Source: Planctomycetota bacterium
Lineage (GTDB): Bacteria > Planctomycetota > B15-G4 > SIAN01
Assembly: GCA_031409275.1 (NCBI GenBank)
Contig: JANNXA010000045.1
Location: 32,001-96,000 of the forward strand
Direction of reading: 5' to 3'
DNA: 64,000 nt
In this document: positions 28,777-41,018 of the stretch, piece after piece
Position numbering within the stretch: position 1 is the first letter of the stretch
Layout: every line of letters begins with the position of its first letter
Translations under genes and position numbers: made by a program
The notes under the pieces: generated by a model
The model's input: the letters and a program-made list of their open reading frames with translations, nothing else
What the model was told of the DNA's origin: nothing
The model's database searches: none

Positions 28777-29253
28777 TCAGCGCAGCGGCCCCCACGTGCG
28801 AGCGGCATTCAACGCCGCGGCGCACAGGCCAATCGACACGAAGCGCGCCACCGCCGGCCAGAAACGGCCGGGTCCGCGCACCCCCCACCACAAGCTCAGC
28901 ACGCCGACGCCGCCGAGCAGATCGACGCAGACGTCGAACGCGTCGGGTGTTCGGCCGGGAGTCCATGACTGATGCCACTCGTCGACGATCCCGTAGGTCA
29001 CCGTCAGCACCAGCACGCCGATCAGCGCGTCGCGTGACCAGCCGCCCGCGCGCCGGCAGCTCTCGGCCAGCAGCAGCGCCAGCGCACCGAACAGGAAGAA
29101 GTGCAGCGAATTGGAGACGAAGCCCCAGAACTGCCCGCCGATGCCCGGGAAGCTCTGCGACGAGAGCCACCAGATCCAACCAGCGTGGATCGGGACGGCA
29201 ACGGCCGCGACGATTCGAATCGCGCGGTCAGCGCCGCTTGACGAGCCGGACAC
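28777..29253 (-). CDS. VanZ family membrane protein
   Basis: HFFLFGAL, YGIVDEWHQSWTPGR, DVCVDLLG. Confidence 0.85.
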   Translation of the reverse strand: MSGSSSGADRAIRIVAAVAVPIHAGWIWWLSSQSFPGIGGQFWGFVSNSLHFFLFGALALLLAESCRRAGGWSRDALIGVLVLTVTYGIVDEWHQSWTPGRTPDAFDVCVDLLGGVGVLSLWWGVRGPGRFWPAVARFVSIGLCAAALNAARTWGPLR

Positions 29254-29662
29254 GCGTGCCGCCCCCTTCGCGCGCTTCGAAGCGCACTTCGTCCATGGTG
29301 GCGTGGATCAGGAACAGGCCGCGCCCCGATTCGGCGTCCTCGTCCGGGAGGTGTGCCTCCGTACGCGAGTGGCCGGCGCGCGGCCGGAACGTGCCGCGAT
29401 CGAGCACGTCGAAGACGAGGCGATCCTCGTGGATGGCGACCTTGAGCTCGATCGCCTGCTGCTGCGCCGCGGCGCCGCCGTGAAAGCAGGCGTTCATCAC
29501 GACCTCGTCAAGACCGAGCAGGACCGCCTCGACCTTGTCGTCCGTGAATCCGTGGTCATGGAGCAGGGAACGGATCTGGCCGCGCACCAGTCGGACCGCC
29601 GCCTCGACCGGTCCGATCCGGAAGTCGATGGCAAGGAGTGCGGGCGCGTCAGGCGAATCCAC
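29228..29662 (-). CDS. RsbW-like anti-sigma/ATP-binding protein (HATPase_c_2)
   Basis: DEVVMNACFHG, DRG, ESGRGLFLI, MDEV, GTRVRLVK. Confidence 0.85.
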   Translation of the reverse strand: MDSPDAPALLAIDFRIGPVEAAVRLVRGQIRSLLHDHGFTDDKVEAVLLGLDEVVMNACFHGGAAAQQQAIELKVAIHEDRLVFDVLDRGTFRPRAGHSRTEAHLPDEDAESGRGLFLIHATMDEVRFEAREGGGTRVRLVKRR

Positions 29663-29712
29663 ACCGGGACGTTAGAGCCTGCCACCAAGAGGGACAAGGC
29701 GCGCCATGACCG

Positions 29713-30606
29713 TCACCGATCGAGGCCCGCTCCCGCGAAGACCAGAGAGAGGTCGAGTGCCGGCGCCGAGTGGGTCAGCGCGCCGATCGACAGCCGCTCG
29801 ACGCCTGCCTCGGCGTAGGCGCGGACGTTTCCCAGATGGAGGCCGCCCGACGCCTCGAGGCCGACCTGAGCGCGCGTGAAACGGCGGCGAATGCGCCGCA
29901 CCGCCTCGGCGACCTCTGCGGGCGAAAAGTTATCGAGCAGGATCAAGTCGGCACCGGCAGCTGCCGCACGCTCCGCCTCGTCGCAATCGAACACCTCGAC
30001 CTGCACCTTCATCCCGGCCGGCGCGTGGTGGCGTGCGGCCGCGATCGACTCCTCGAGCGGTCGCCGTCCCGCCGGCCATGGCCTCGCATAGGCGAGGTGG
30101 TTGCTCTTGATCAGGACCTGGTCCCACAGCCCATGGCGATGGTTGATACCGCCTCCAGCCGCGACCGCCCGCTTCGCGAACCAACGCAATCCCGGCAAGG
30201 TCTTGCGCGTGTCGAGGATCGCGGCACCCGTGCCAGCGACGGCGGCCACGTAGCGCGCGGTCTGCGTCGCGATGCCTGAGAGGTGCTGCAACAGGTTCAA
30301 CAGCGTGCGCTCCGCGGCCAGCAGCGCGCGCGCGTTGGCGGCCAGCGTGCCGACCGCCTGACCGGCGACGATCGCGCTGCCATCGGCGAGTGGCGCATCG
30401 AGACGCGCGTTTGGATCGAGCAGTCGCACCACCCGCTCGGCGAGATCGACGCCGCAGATGACGCCTGGCGCCTTGGCGGTCAGCGTCGCTTCGATCGAAG
30501 CTTCGCGCGGCACGAAGCAGTCGGCCGTGACGTCACCGGAACCGAGATCCTCGGCGAGGAAGCGGCGCAGGATCGAATCGAGATCGGCGGGCGGTGGGAG
30601 GCTCAT
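29713..30606 (-). CDS. nadC: Nicotinate-nucleotide diphosphorylase (carboxylating)
   Basis: EDLGSGDVT, LSGIAT, DTRKTLPG, NHR, ILLDN, EASGG, SIGALTHSA. Confidence 0.95.
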   Translation of the reverse strand: MSLPPPADLDSILRRFLAEDLGSGDVTADCFVPREASIEATLTAKAPGVICGVDLAERVVRLLDPNARLDAPLADGSAIVAGQAVGTLAANARALLAAERTLLNLLQHLSGIATQTARYVAAVAGTGAAILDTRKTLPGLRWFAKRAVAAGGGINHRHGLWDQVLIKSNHLAYARPWPAGRRPLEESIAAARHHAPAGMKVQVEVFDCDEAERAAAAGADLILLDNFSPAEVAEAVRRIRRRFTRAQVGLEASGGLHLGNVRAYAEAGVERLSIGALTHSAPALDLSLVFAGAGLDR

Positions 30607-30612
30607 TGGGGC

Positions 30613-30963
30613 TCAGCGCGCGAAGGTGACGAGCCCCTCCAATGCCGTCGCCACGCGCGGGCCGATGCCGTCGACGCGAGCGCACAGCTCCGCGAAATCG
30701 GCGAACGGGCCGCCCGCAGCACGCGCGTCGACGATGCGACGTGCCAGCACGGGGCCGATGCCAGGAAGGCGTTCGAGCGCTCCGACATCGTCATGATTCA
30801 AGTCGACGATCGCGGCCGCCGCCACTGCGGAGTAGCTCGCCGTGATCTGATGCGTCTGCAACCGGGCAAGTCCGACCGCCGCCAGCAGCAGACCGACGAC
30901 GGCGAATCCGGTTCGTCCACGTGACGCGACGGCGGCGTCGGTCGGGTCGCCGGCCACGTTCAT
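30613..30963 (-). CDS. ComEA-like helix-hairpin-helix DNA-binding protein
   Basis: VDLN, LERLPGIGPVLARRIV, GGPF, VDGIG; N-terminal TM. Confidence 0.85.
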   Translation of the reverse strand: MNVAGDPTDAAVASRGRTGFAVVGLLLAAVGLARLQTHQITASYSAVAAAAIVDLNHDDVGALERLPGIGPVLARRIVDARAAGGPFADFAELCARVDGIGPRVATALEGLVTFAR

Positions 30964-31904
30964 CGAGCCGCAGTGGTCTGGGTGCTGCGCAACGCGCTCG
31001 CACGCTGGCGATTGCGGGTGAAGTAGAGGCGGACGACTTCGTCGACGATGGCGTGGAGAGCGCCGCGATCCTGGAGCGGCCGCGGCGAGTCGTCTCCGTC
31101 TCCAAGGCGCGCCGTCAGCGTCGTGCCGTCGAGTTCGAGCGCGACCAGCGTCTCGTCATGGAAGAGGAAGCGCGTCGAACTACCGGCCACCGCGACCTCG
31201 ATCTCATCGCTGATGCGCAGGATCTTGCGCTTGAGCTCTCCGGCGAGGTCGACGTCTGGATCGACCGCCGCGACTGCTGCCGGAGGGCGGGTCGCCAACG
31301 CGCGAGCAGGGGTGCCGTTCGAGTACGCCGGCTCGTTCCCGTGCGTCGCGTTGCCGTTGACGCCGTTGACCCCGGCCTTGCCGCGGCGCGCACGACGTTC
31401 GATGAGCGGATCGACGGGCGAGTCCGAAGCCGGAGGAGCGTCGCGACGCGGCTCCCCTCCGGCGCGGACCACCACCAAGCGGTGCTTGCCCTCCTCGGAA
31501 AGGAGTCGCGCTTCGAAGAGTTCGATCGACATCGTCGAAAGCTCTTCGCGCGCGCCGAGCAGCGCATCGGTGAAGCGCGACGCCACGAGCAGCACCCGCG
31601 GGGGTCGCTCGAACGTCACGCCTGCCGGCTGGAACAGACGCTCCAACAGGCTCCGCATCCGACGCACTTCAGCGGCAACGAACCACGCCCGACCGAGCAG
31701 TGCCGCGTCTCCTGCGCTCCCCTCCCCGAGAGCGATGACGGGGCGTGCGCTGGCGTCCTGCAACCACAGGTCGACGAAAAGCTCCGGGGTGAGCCGGAAC
31801 CCTTGGTCGAGCAGACGCATTCCCCGCTCGAGATCTTGCGGCCTCTCCGCGAGCGCCCGCATCAACGCGGACATCTCCGGGGCCTGCGACTCGGTTTGGA
31901 GCAT
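30960..31904 (-). CDS. Hypothetical protein
   Basis: GAGGGG RBS; stop overlaps the comEA-like start; protein-like composition. Confidence 0.6.
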   Translation of the reverse strand: MLQTESQAPEMSALMRALAERPQDLERGMRLLDQGFRLTPELFVDLWLQDASARPVIALGEGSAGDAALLGRAWFVAAEVRRMRSLLERLFQPAGVTFERPPRVLLVASRFTDALLGAREELSTMSIELFEARLLSEEGKHRLVVVRAGGEPRRDAPPASDSPVDPLIERRARRGKAGVNGVNGNATHGNEPAYSNGTPARALATRPPAAVAAVDPDVDLAGELKRKILRISDEIEVAVAGSSTRFLFHDETLVALELDGTTLTARLGDGDDSPRPLQDRGALHAIVDEVVRLYFTRNRQRASALRSTQTTAAR

Positions 31905-32260
31905 GGTCGCGGCCCCTCCCCCTCAAGGACGGCGCACAGCAGTTCCACGGATGCGAGACCGATGCGCGCCTGCACCGCCACTTTCCACGGATGCGGCAGA
32001 TTGTACGACTCGCGATCGCCACCACAATCCCTCGTGTTACAGAGACTTCCCTACTACCACCAGTGACAGTCCCCCGCACACCGACGACGATTCGCGAGCA
32101 GCTCTACTCCAACCGGAGCGCTCTAAGCTCCCCCCAGCGTCAGTCCACGAGCGGCGAGCTTGGACGGTGGAGCGAACGGCATGGCGCGACGTCAGCGACA
32201 ACGACAGACGCACTCCTCCACGTCGGGTGACGCGCGCGTCGCCCCGGTCGGGAACTGCTG

Positions 32261-33280
32261 GTGAGCCTGCGACCGACCTCCCCACTCCGAGTCGAGCGGC
32301 GCCTCCTCGATAGCGCGCTGCTTCGTGGCAATCGGCAGGGCGACCCGCACCAGCGGGAGCTGCTCGTGGTCGTGCCGCCGGGCTACGACGACGACGCTCG
32401 CCGCTACCCCGTGCTCTACGTGCTGGCGGGATTCACAGGGTTCGGCGCGACGCTGCTGGCGCGGGCGTGTTGGGAGGAGGCGATCGACCAGCGACTCGCG
32501 CGCCTCTTCCTGCATGGCTGTCCGCCGGCGCTCGTCGTGCTGCCCGACTGCTGCACCCGTCTTGGCGGCTCGCAGTACGTCGACTCGAGCGCACTCGGCC
32601 GCTACGCCTCCCACCTCATCGACGAGGTGATCCCGACGGTCGACGCGCAATTCAAGACCGTGCCGACCGCCGCCGGCCGCGCGGTCGTCGGCAAGTCGAG
32701 CGGCGGCTTCGGAGCGCTCCACCTCGTCCTCACCCATCCCGGCGTGTTCGCCGCCGCGGCCTCGCATAGCGGCGACCTCGGGTTCGAGCAGTGCTACCCC
32801 CACGACTTTCCGGCGTGCGCCAATGCCGTGGCCCGCGCCGGCGGCATCGAGCCGTTCCTCGCCTCGTTCTTCGCGAAGCGCAAGCGCGGCAGCGAGGAGT
32901 TCGCCGCGATCAGCACGCTGGCGATGGCGGCGGCCTATTCACCGCGCGCCGACCTCGCCGACGGCTTCGAATTGCCCTTCGACATCACCACTTGCGAGTT
33001 GCGATCCGACGTCTTCGACCGCTGGCTCGCGTTCGATCCGGTGCGCCGCGTCGCGGCGGGTGCCGCCTCGCTGCGCTCGCTGCGCGCGCTGTTCGTCGAC
33101 TGCGGCAACCGCGACGAGTACCACCTCCACTTCGGCGCGCGCCGCTTCGCGCGCGAGTGCGCCACGCACGGCGTCGCATTGCGACACGAGGAGTTCGACG
33201 ACGGTCATCGCGGGACGAGCTGGCGCTACGACACCTCGTTGCCGTTCCTGCTGCAGTCGTTGGCGCAGGCAACCGCATGA
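32261..33280 (+). CDS. Enterochelin-esterase-like alpha/beta hydrolase
   Basis: PPGYD...RYPVLYVL, GKSSGG nucleophile elbow, DCG..DE, GH. Confidence 0.85.
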   Translation: MSLRPTSPLRVERRLLDSALLRGNRQGDPHQRELLVVVPPGYDDDARRYPVLYVLAGFTGFGATLLARACWEEAIDQRLARLFLHGCPPALVVLPDCCTRLGGSQYVDSSALGRYASHLIDEVIPTVDAQFKTVPTAAGRAVVGKSSGGFGALHLVLTHPGVFAAAASHSGDLGFEQCYPHDFPACANAVARAGGIEPFLASFFAKRKRGSEEFAAISTLAMAAAYSPRADLADGFELPFDITTCELRSDVFDRWLAFDPVRRVAAGAASLRSLRALFVDCGNRDEYHLHFGARRFARECATHGVALRHEEFDDGHRGTSWRYDTSLPFLLQSLAQATA

Positions 33281-35206
33281 AGCGCGCCGCTCCGGCGCGC
33301 GCTGCCGCACTCTTGGTCGGAGTGGTCGCGCTCGGACTGCTCGCGACGCAGCTGCTGGTGCGCTGGCGCGCGGACGGCGTCGCGGCGGGTGACCGCTCGC
33401 CGCTCGATCTGCTGGCCAGCGCTTCCGCGCTCGACCGACTCGAGTGGCTCCTCCTGGCGCTGCTGGCGGTGGCGCGTCTGGCGCGTGCCGCGCTCCCGCG
33501 TCGTCGCCTCCTCGAGCCGGCGCTCGACCTGCCGCTGCTCGCGCTGTTGGCCGGCAGCGCCGGAGGATCGCTCTCCCCGCTCGATCCGGCGCTCCCGCTC
33601 ACCTATCTGGCGGCGCTCGCGCTTCTGCGCAGCTCCGAGAGCGGCACCGCGACCCCGCGGCGGCTCGCGTGCGAGCTCCTGCTCGGGGCGACCGCCGGCC
33701 ATTGGCTGGTGCAGCGACATGAGCGAGCGCTGCTCGACCACGACCTCGCCACCGTCGAACGGAGCGCGGCGCTGGCGGCTGCAGCGATTGCCGACGACGG
33801 CCGGCGCGCGCTCGCCACCGTGGCCGACAGCCTCGCGGCCCTCGATCCGCGCGAGGAGCTCGCTCCGTTGCAGGCTTCGCTCGTCGATCGCGACCTCGCG
33901 CTGCAGCAATTCCTCGCGGTGCTCGGCAGCGACGCGCCGCTCGACGAGGAGAGGCTCGCCACCGCCCGCATTGCGCTCCAGCTCGCCGAGGAGCAGGCGA
34001 CCGATCGCTGGTTCGTCGGCCGCGAGGCGTTGCGCTCGGCCACGGACGATCCTCGGCAACGCAGCGCGATCGAGTCGCTCGATCTGCTGCGAGAGAGCGG
34101 CGCCAACTTGCGCGACGAGCTGCAGAAGCGCGCCGAGGAGCTCGAGCGCTCGCTGCTGCTGCTGACGCAACGCGCGGCGGCCCACGCAACCTTCCTGCGC
34201 GATTCGCTCTGGCGGCGTGCGGCGCTGCTCGCCGCGCTGCTCGCATGCGCCGGCGTGATCGTGCTCTTGCGCGAACGGATGGAGGGAGCGGTCCGCGACG
34301 CCGAGGAGCGACGGGCGCAGCGCGAGATCCAGCTCGCCGCGCAGGAGAAGGAGCACTGGATCGCGGTCACCGCCGGTCTCACCCATGGGCTCGGCAATGA
34401 CATCGTCGCGTACGACGCGTGGCTCTGCGAGGCGAGTCGCCTGCTCGCGCCGCCCGCCGCCGCGCCGCCACGCGCCCGCGACCTGATCGCCGCGGTCGCT
34501 GCGAGCAACCGCGGCCGCCTCGCCTTCCTGCAGTTCCTCGACGCGCTCGCTCATCAACGGCAGTCGGCCGCGGGCGACGCTCCCCCGCTGCCGTTCACGC
34601 CGATCGCGTTGGCGCCGCTGCTGAACGAGACGCGGCGCAAGGTCGCCGAGGTGGAGAGCGCCGACCTGCCCCCCGCCGGCAGCGACCCCGTGGTCGATCG
34701 CCGCCGCCGCCAGCTCACCGAGCTGCCGCTCGAGATCGAGGTCGCCACGCCGCGCGCCGCGACGCTGTTGCGCGGCCAACGCGGCGCCGTCGAGTTCTTC
34801 GCCTACGAGCTGGTCAAGAACGCGCTGCGCAGCGCCACCGGTCGCGAACCGCTGCGGGCGCGACTCGACTGGCGCGCGGGCGTGTTGACGCTCGCGCTCG
34901 AAAACGATGTCGAGGTCGACGCGCTCGACGGCACCTGTCCGCGTTGCGGAACCGCGGGCAAGTTGCGTCGAATCCGGCGACGCCGCGACGCGGCACCGAG
35001 CTGCGCCGGCTGTTTCGCGGCCGCCTTCGCGGAACTGCTGGAGCAGAGCTTCGCGCCCGGCAAAGGGGCGGGCACCGGGCTCGGCCTCTTCCTGATCCGC
35101 TACTTTCTGCGCACCTTCTGGAACGGCACGCTCACCGCGGAAGTGGTCAGCTCCGATCCAGCGCGCGTGGCCTTCACCCTGACGCTCCCCGACCCCGATC
35201 CCCCCG

Positions 35207-36810
<1,604 letters not shown>

Positions 36811-36814
<4 letters not shown>

Positions 36815-38358
36815 ACCTGGGGCTGCGCTCCATCGGCTCCGCGCTGCTGGTCGCGGCGCTTGGCGCCTCGTGGAACAGTGGTGAGCCGGCGACGACGCCG
36901 CGGTCGCGGGAAGCGCTGCTGCTCGAGCGCAAGATCGAGGTGCGCCAGGTCTTCGTGCGCGAGCCGCTGCGCGCCGCCCGCCGAGCCGCGATCGGGCAAG
37001 CCGTCGCCGAGGCCGCAGCATTCCGGGAGCTCGGCGATCGGACCGGCGAAATGGCCGCGCTGACTCGCGCCGCTCGCCAGGTCGACGAGCGCGCGGACGA
37101 TCCGTGGAACGAAGCATGCGGCGCGCTCGTCCCACGATTCGATTGCCACCTGATCGAAGGGAGCCGCCGCCTGACCGTGCGATTCGAATGGCTCTATCCA
37201 CCCGCCAACCTGCCGAGCGAAGCGTGCGCGCTCGAAGTGGAGCTGGCCAGCGCGCCGCCCCTTGCCGTCGGCGCCACCCCCCAGCGCGTGGCGCGTCTCG
37301 CCGAACGCGGCAACGTGGTGCTCGATCCAACGGCGCCGCCACCGCCGATCGAACTCGCGTTCGACGGCACACGAGCAGGCTCCTTTCAGCTCACGGTGAC
37401 GCTGCGCGACGCGACCGGGGACCGCCACCGCGTCGACCACACCGCACCGATCGCCTTCGCCGACGGATGGTCGGAGCGAGTTGCCGCGCTCGAGGAGCGG
37501 CGGCTCGAGCTGGCGGCGCGCGCGGTCGCGACCGCCGATCGGGGAGCCGCCCACGCCTGCAACGTCGCCGCCCTTCCGGCCGACTTGTTGGCGCAGGTCG
37601 TCGCCGGAAAGCGGGAGTGGTCCGAGTCGCTCCTCGAAATCGAATGGACGCGTGCGGAGGAGCTGCTGGCCGACGTCGAGCGCGGCGCGCCGCCCCCCAT
37701 CGATCGCGGCTGGGTCCGCTGCGTGGAGCGTCTGCCCTCCACTGGCGAGCTGCTGCCATGGCTGCTCTACCTGCCTTCCGCCTGCGTCACGAACGCGGAA
37801 GAGGCGCGGCCGCTGCTCGTCGCGCTGCATGGCCTCGGCGTTCGCGAGGAGAGCTGGTTGCGCTACGGCGACGGCGCGCTCACGCGCGAGGCGGAGCGGC
37901 GCGGAATGGTGGTGGCCGTCCCCCACGGTTGGCGGGTCGACAGCTTCTACGTCGGACCGGGTGAAGAGGACGTGCTGCACGTGATCGATGCCGCGCTCGA
38001 GCGCGCGCGCATCGATCGCGATCGGATCAGCCTGATCGGCCACTCGATGGGCGCGTTCGGGACGCTGCGGATCGGCAGCCGCCACGCCGACCGGTTCGCC
38101 GCGCAAGTCGCCATCGCCGGCGGCGGCAACCTCGACTGGATCGACGGCGCGCGCGACCTGCCGACGCTGCTCGTCCACGGCGACGCCGACGAGGTCGTCC
38201 CCGTCGGCCTTTCGCGCGCGCTGGCAAGTGTGGCGAAGGCGCGCGGCCTCCCGTGGCGATACTGGGAGATCCCTGGCGCGCGCCACGTCGAAGTGGTGGC
38301 GCAGTCGCTGCCCGAAGTGCTCGACTTCTGCATGTCCGCGCGTCGCCTGGTGCGCTGA
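36811..38358 (+). CDS. Exported alpha/beta hydrolase (peptidase/esterase)
   Basis: Signal peptide; PLLVALHG, GHSMG, HGDADEVV, catalytic His near the C-terminus. Confidence 0.75.
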
Positions 38359-38388
38359 CCGTTCACTCGTTCGCGTTCGGAGGATCGC

Positions 38389-40779
38389 ATGGTCGCCGGT
38401 CTCCTTCTGCTCGTCTCCGCGGTCTCGTTCCAGGTCTCGAGCAGTTCCAGCGATCAGCTGCTCGCCCCGACCCGCGTCGAGGCGAGCCGCGACGCCGAAG
38501 GCGAGACCTTCGAGTCGATCCGCATCGACGGCCGCAGCGGCACGACACCATGGCGGCGCGTGCGCCTCACGTTCCGCGTGGGCGACGCGGCGGAAGCCGG
38601 AGCATGGCTGCTCGCGATCGGCCACGAGGCGATCGCGGTGCGCGCGAAGCTCGGCGCCGAGGCGCTCGGCAGCGCGCCCGACTTCTACGCGGCCGACCCG
38701 CGGCTCACGACCGGGCCGCGCTTCACGGTGGCCGGCGAGCGGCTCGCGGCGGGCGACGTCACCTTCACGCTCGACTTCGATGGCGAGCGCGGCGGACGCG
38801 GGATCGAACAGGGACCGGCGTGGCTCGCGAGCCCGCAGGTCGCGACGCGAGCGTTCGCCGCGGCGCAGGTGGGCGCGCTGACCATCGCGACGGCCAACTA
38901 CGCTTCGGCCGGGATGATGTCGAAGGACGATGTCCCGCTCGAACGCGTGCTGTTCAAGTGGAGCGACGCCGACGACGCGCCGCGGCTGGCCGCGCAGCTC
39001 GACATGGCGCTCGTCGATCGCGAGCGTGGCGGCGAAGCGCCGCTGCGCTCGCTCGCGACACGCAAGAGCAACGCGATCTTCCCGACGAGCTGGGCGAACT
39101 GCGAGGACCCCCGTTTTCGTTCGCTGCGGACGCAGCTCACGATGAGTTCGCCGCAACTCACGACCCCTTTGCGCCTGTGCGACGCGAAGGCGGTCGTCTT
39201 CGAGCTCGCCCAGAACGTCCTGCGCGAGTCGTTCCTCTACACCTGGAACCTCCGCTTCCTGCCCAATCGCGGCGGGCCCCTCGTCTTGACGCGCGGCGAC
39301 GGCTACGTGCTGCTCGCCAACGAGTGCGTCGGACTGGTGGCGAGTGCCGGCGCTCCGATCGGCGTCGAGGGGGCGTACTGCGGGCTGGCGGTCGAGCTCA
39401 ACTCGAACAGCTCCAACGAGATCGGCGCGCTGTCGAGTCCGACGGCGGTCACGGTCGCGTTGATCGGCTTCGAGCCGCAAGGAGCCGATCCGTCGCAGGC
39501 GGAGTCGATCACCGACCTCGCCCACAGCATCCTCTCGCTGCGTACCGAAGATCGCGCCGCGACCTCCCTGATCGCCAGCACGTTGGCCTTCGAGCCGAAC
39601 GTCGGCGGCGCGCAGCGAGGCCAGGCCGCGCGCAAAGCGGCCGTCGCCACGCTCTTCGACGCGCGTCGACGCGGCGGGCGCTACGTCTTCGCGCCCGACG
39701 GCCAGTCCGGTTCGCCGGCCGCCTATTGGGGCGACACCTTCACGCTGCTTCACCACCCCAACCACGAGCGGAACGCGGTGGAACGCCTCCTCTCCACGCA
39801 GGACGCGACGGGCGCCGTCCCTGGCGACCTCACCGCCGAGGCGAGCGAGGTGGAGCTCGCCGCCGCCGATGCCTACGCCGTGCTGCGCGCCTGCCGCTGG
39901 TTTCGCTGGGTCTGCGACGGCGATCGCTTCGCGAAGATGGTGCCCGCGCTCGAGAAAGCGCTGGCCCATGCCGACGGCTGCGACCTCTCGCCGGGCGCGC
40001 CGCAGGGCGGCATCACTCCGTTGCACGCCGCGCTGGCACGCGCCGCCGCACACCAGCAGCTCGCCGCAGCGCTCGATGAGATCGCCTTGCTGCCGGAGCA
40101 CAGCGCCTCCCATGCCGAGCTCGCGGTCCGCCAGCTCGAACCGCTCTTCAGCAACAGCAGCGCAGGCGGTCGACTCGAGAGCGACGGCTACCCGGAGCTC
40201 GTCGGCGGCGATGCGCGCGAGGCGGCGGTGGCATTGGCGCTCGGTCTCGCGGACGACACGACATCGCTGGCGATCGCCAGCCAGGTCGCCTTCGGGAAGC
40301 GCGCCGTCGACGTGACCGACTGGCGCGATGCGTTGGTCGCGCGCGGCCTGCTCGAATGCGGGCGCACCAAGGCCCTCGCCCGCTCCATCGATGGGCTGGA
40401 GAATGGCTGGAAGGAGTTCGAAGTGCCAAGCGGTGCCGGCCTCGCGAGCTGGCACGGAGTCGTCGTATTCGGGCTTCTGGGAGCGCGCCGCGTGAACCTC
40501 GGCACCTTCGAGCTGCGACCGCGCGTGCTCGACGGTCAGCTCGTGAACTCGGCGATTCGGCTGCCCGAAGGGGCGCTTCGTTTCAACATCGGCTTGCCCA
40601 ACGCGCAGTTCGAACGCCAGGTCGTCGTGATCAACGACGGCAAGCTCGATGTCCTGGTGCGACTCGGTGTTCCCAACGGCTCGAACATCGGCCAACGCAT
40701 CAAGCGCGGCGACCTGCTGCACGCTTTCCACGACCACGTGCTGATGGCGAAGGAGACGTGGCGCGAGATCCTGCGCTGA
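38389..40779 (+). CDS. Secreted hypothetical protein, possible (alpha/alpha)6 glycosidase-like domain
   Basis: GGAGG RBS; signal peptide; YWGDTF, QDATGAVP, SWHG...GLLG loosely match six-hairpin glycosidases. Confidence 0.5.
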   Translation: MVAGLLLLVSAVSFQVSSSSSDQLLAPTRVEASRDAEGETFESIRIDGRSGTTPWRRVRLTFRVGDAAEAGAWLLAIGHEAIAVRAKLGAEALGSAPDFYAADPRLTTGPRFTVAGERLAAGDVTFTLDFDGERGGRGIEQGPAWLASPQVATRAFAAAQVGALTIATANYASAGMMSKDDVPLERVLFKWSDADDAPRLAAQLDMALVDRERGGEAPLRSLATRKSNAIFPTSWANCEDPRFRSLRTQLTMSSPQLTTPLRLCDAKAVVFELAQNVLRESFLYTWNLRFLPNRGGPLVLTRGDGYVLLANECVGLVASAGAPIGVEGAYCGLAVELNSNSSNEIGALSSPTAVTVALIGFEPQGADPSQAESITDLAHSILSLRTEDRAATSLIASTLAFEPNVGGAQRGQAARKAAVATLFDARRRGGRYVFAPDGQSGSPAAYWGDTFTLLHHPNHERNAVERLLSTQDATGAVPGDLTAEASEVELAAADAYAVLRACRWFRWVCDGDRFAKMVPALEKALAHADGCDLSPGAPQGGITPLHAALARAAAHQQLAAALDEIALLPEHSASHAELAVRQLEPLFSNSSAGGRLESDGYPELVGGDAREAAVALALGLADDTTSLAIASQVAFGKRAVDVTDWRDALVARGLLECGRTKALARSIDGLENGWKEFEVPSGAGLASWHGVVVFGLLGARRVNLGTFELRPRVLDGQLVNSAIRLPEGALRFNIGLPNAQFERQVVVINDGKLDVLVRLGVPNGSNIGQRIKRGDLLHAFHDHVLMAKETWREILR

Positions 40780-40945
40780 CGCTCCCTTCGGCGCGAAGCC
40801 GCGGGCCAAGGTGCGAAGCGCGACTGCGAACCGCGATGCGCAGCGGCGTCGGCCGCGCCGATCGCGGGTGAGCCGCGCCTAACGGTGCCGGCCGTCGCCC
40901 CGGGGAGCGGCCCCGCGGCGGTGGGTGCCGTCGGCCGGCACGGCA

Positions 40946-40961
40946 TGGAACGGGCGTTGCG
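40946..40961 (+). promoter_or_regulatory. sigma54 (-24/-12) promoter
   Basis: TGGAACGGGCGTTGCG, GG-N10-GC, about 58 nt upstream of ATG 41019. Confidence 0.6.
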
Positions 40962-41018
40962 ATTCCTCCTGGTGGCCGCGCGCCACTGCCCCGCGCGCGA
41001 GACCCGAGGAGAAATGTC

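Noticed and set aside
31905..32260. Replication origin
   Set aside because: No consensus DnaA boxes, no AT-rich unwinding element and no dnaA/dnaN nearby
38356..38391. TGA in frame with the next ORF, a possible second Sec readthrough
   Set aside because: The next gene has its own GGAGG RBS and signal peptide; no redox motif around the TGA
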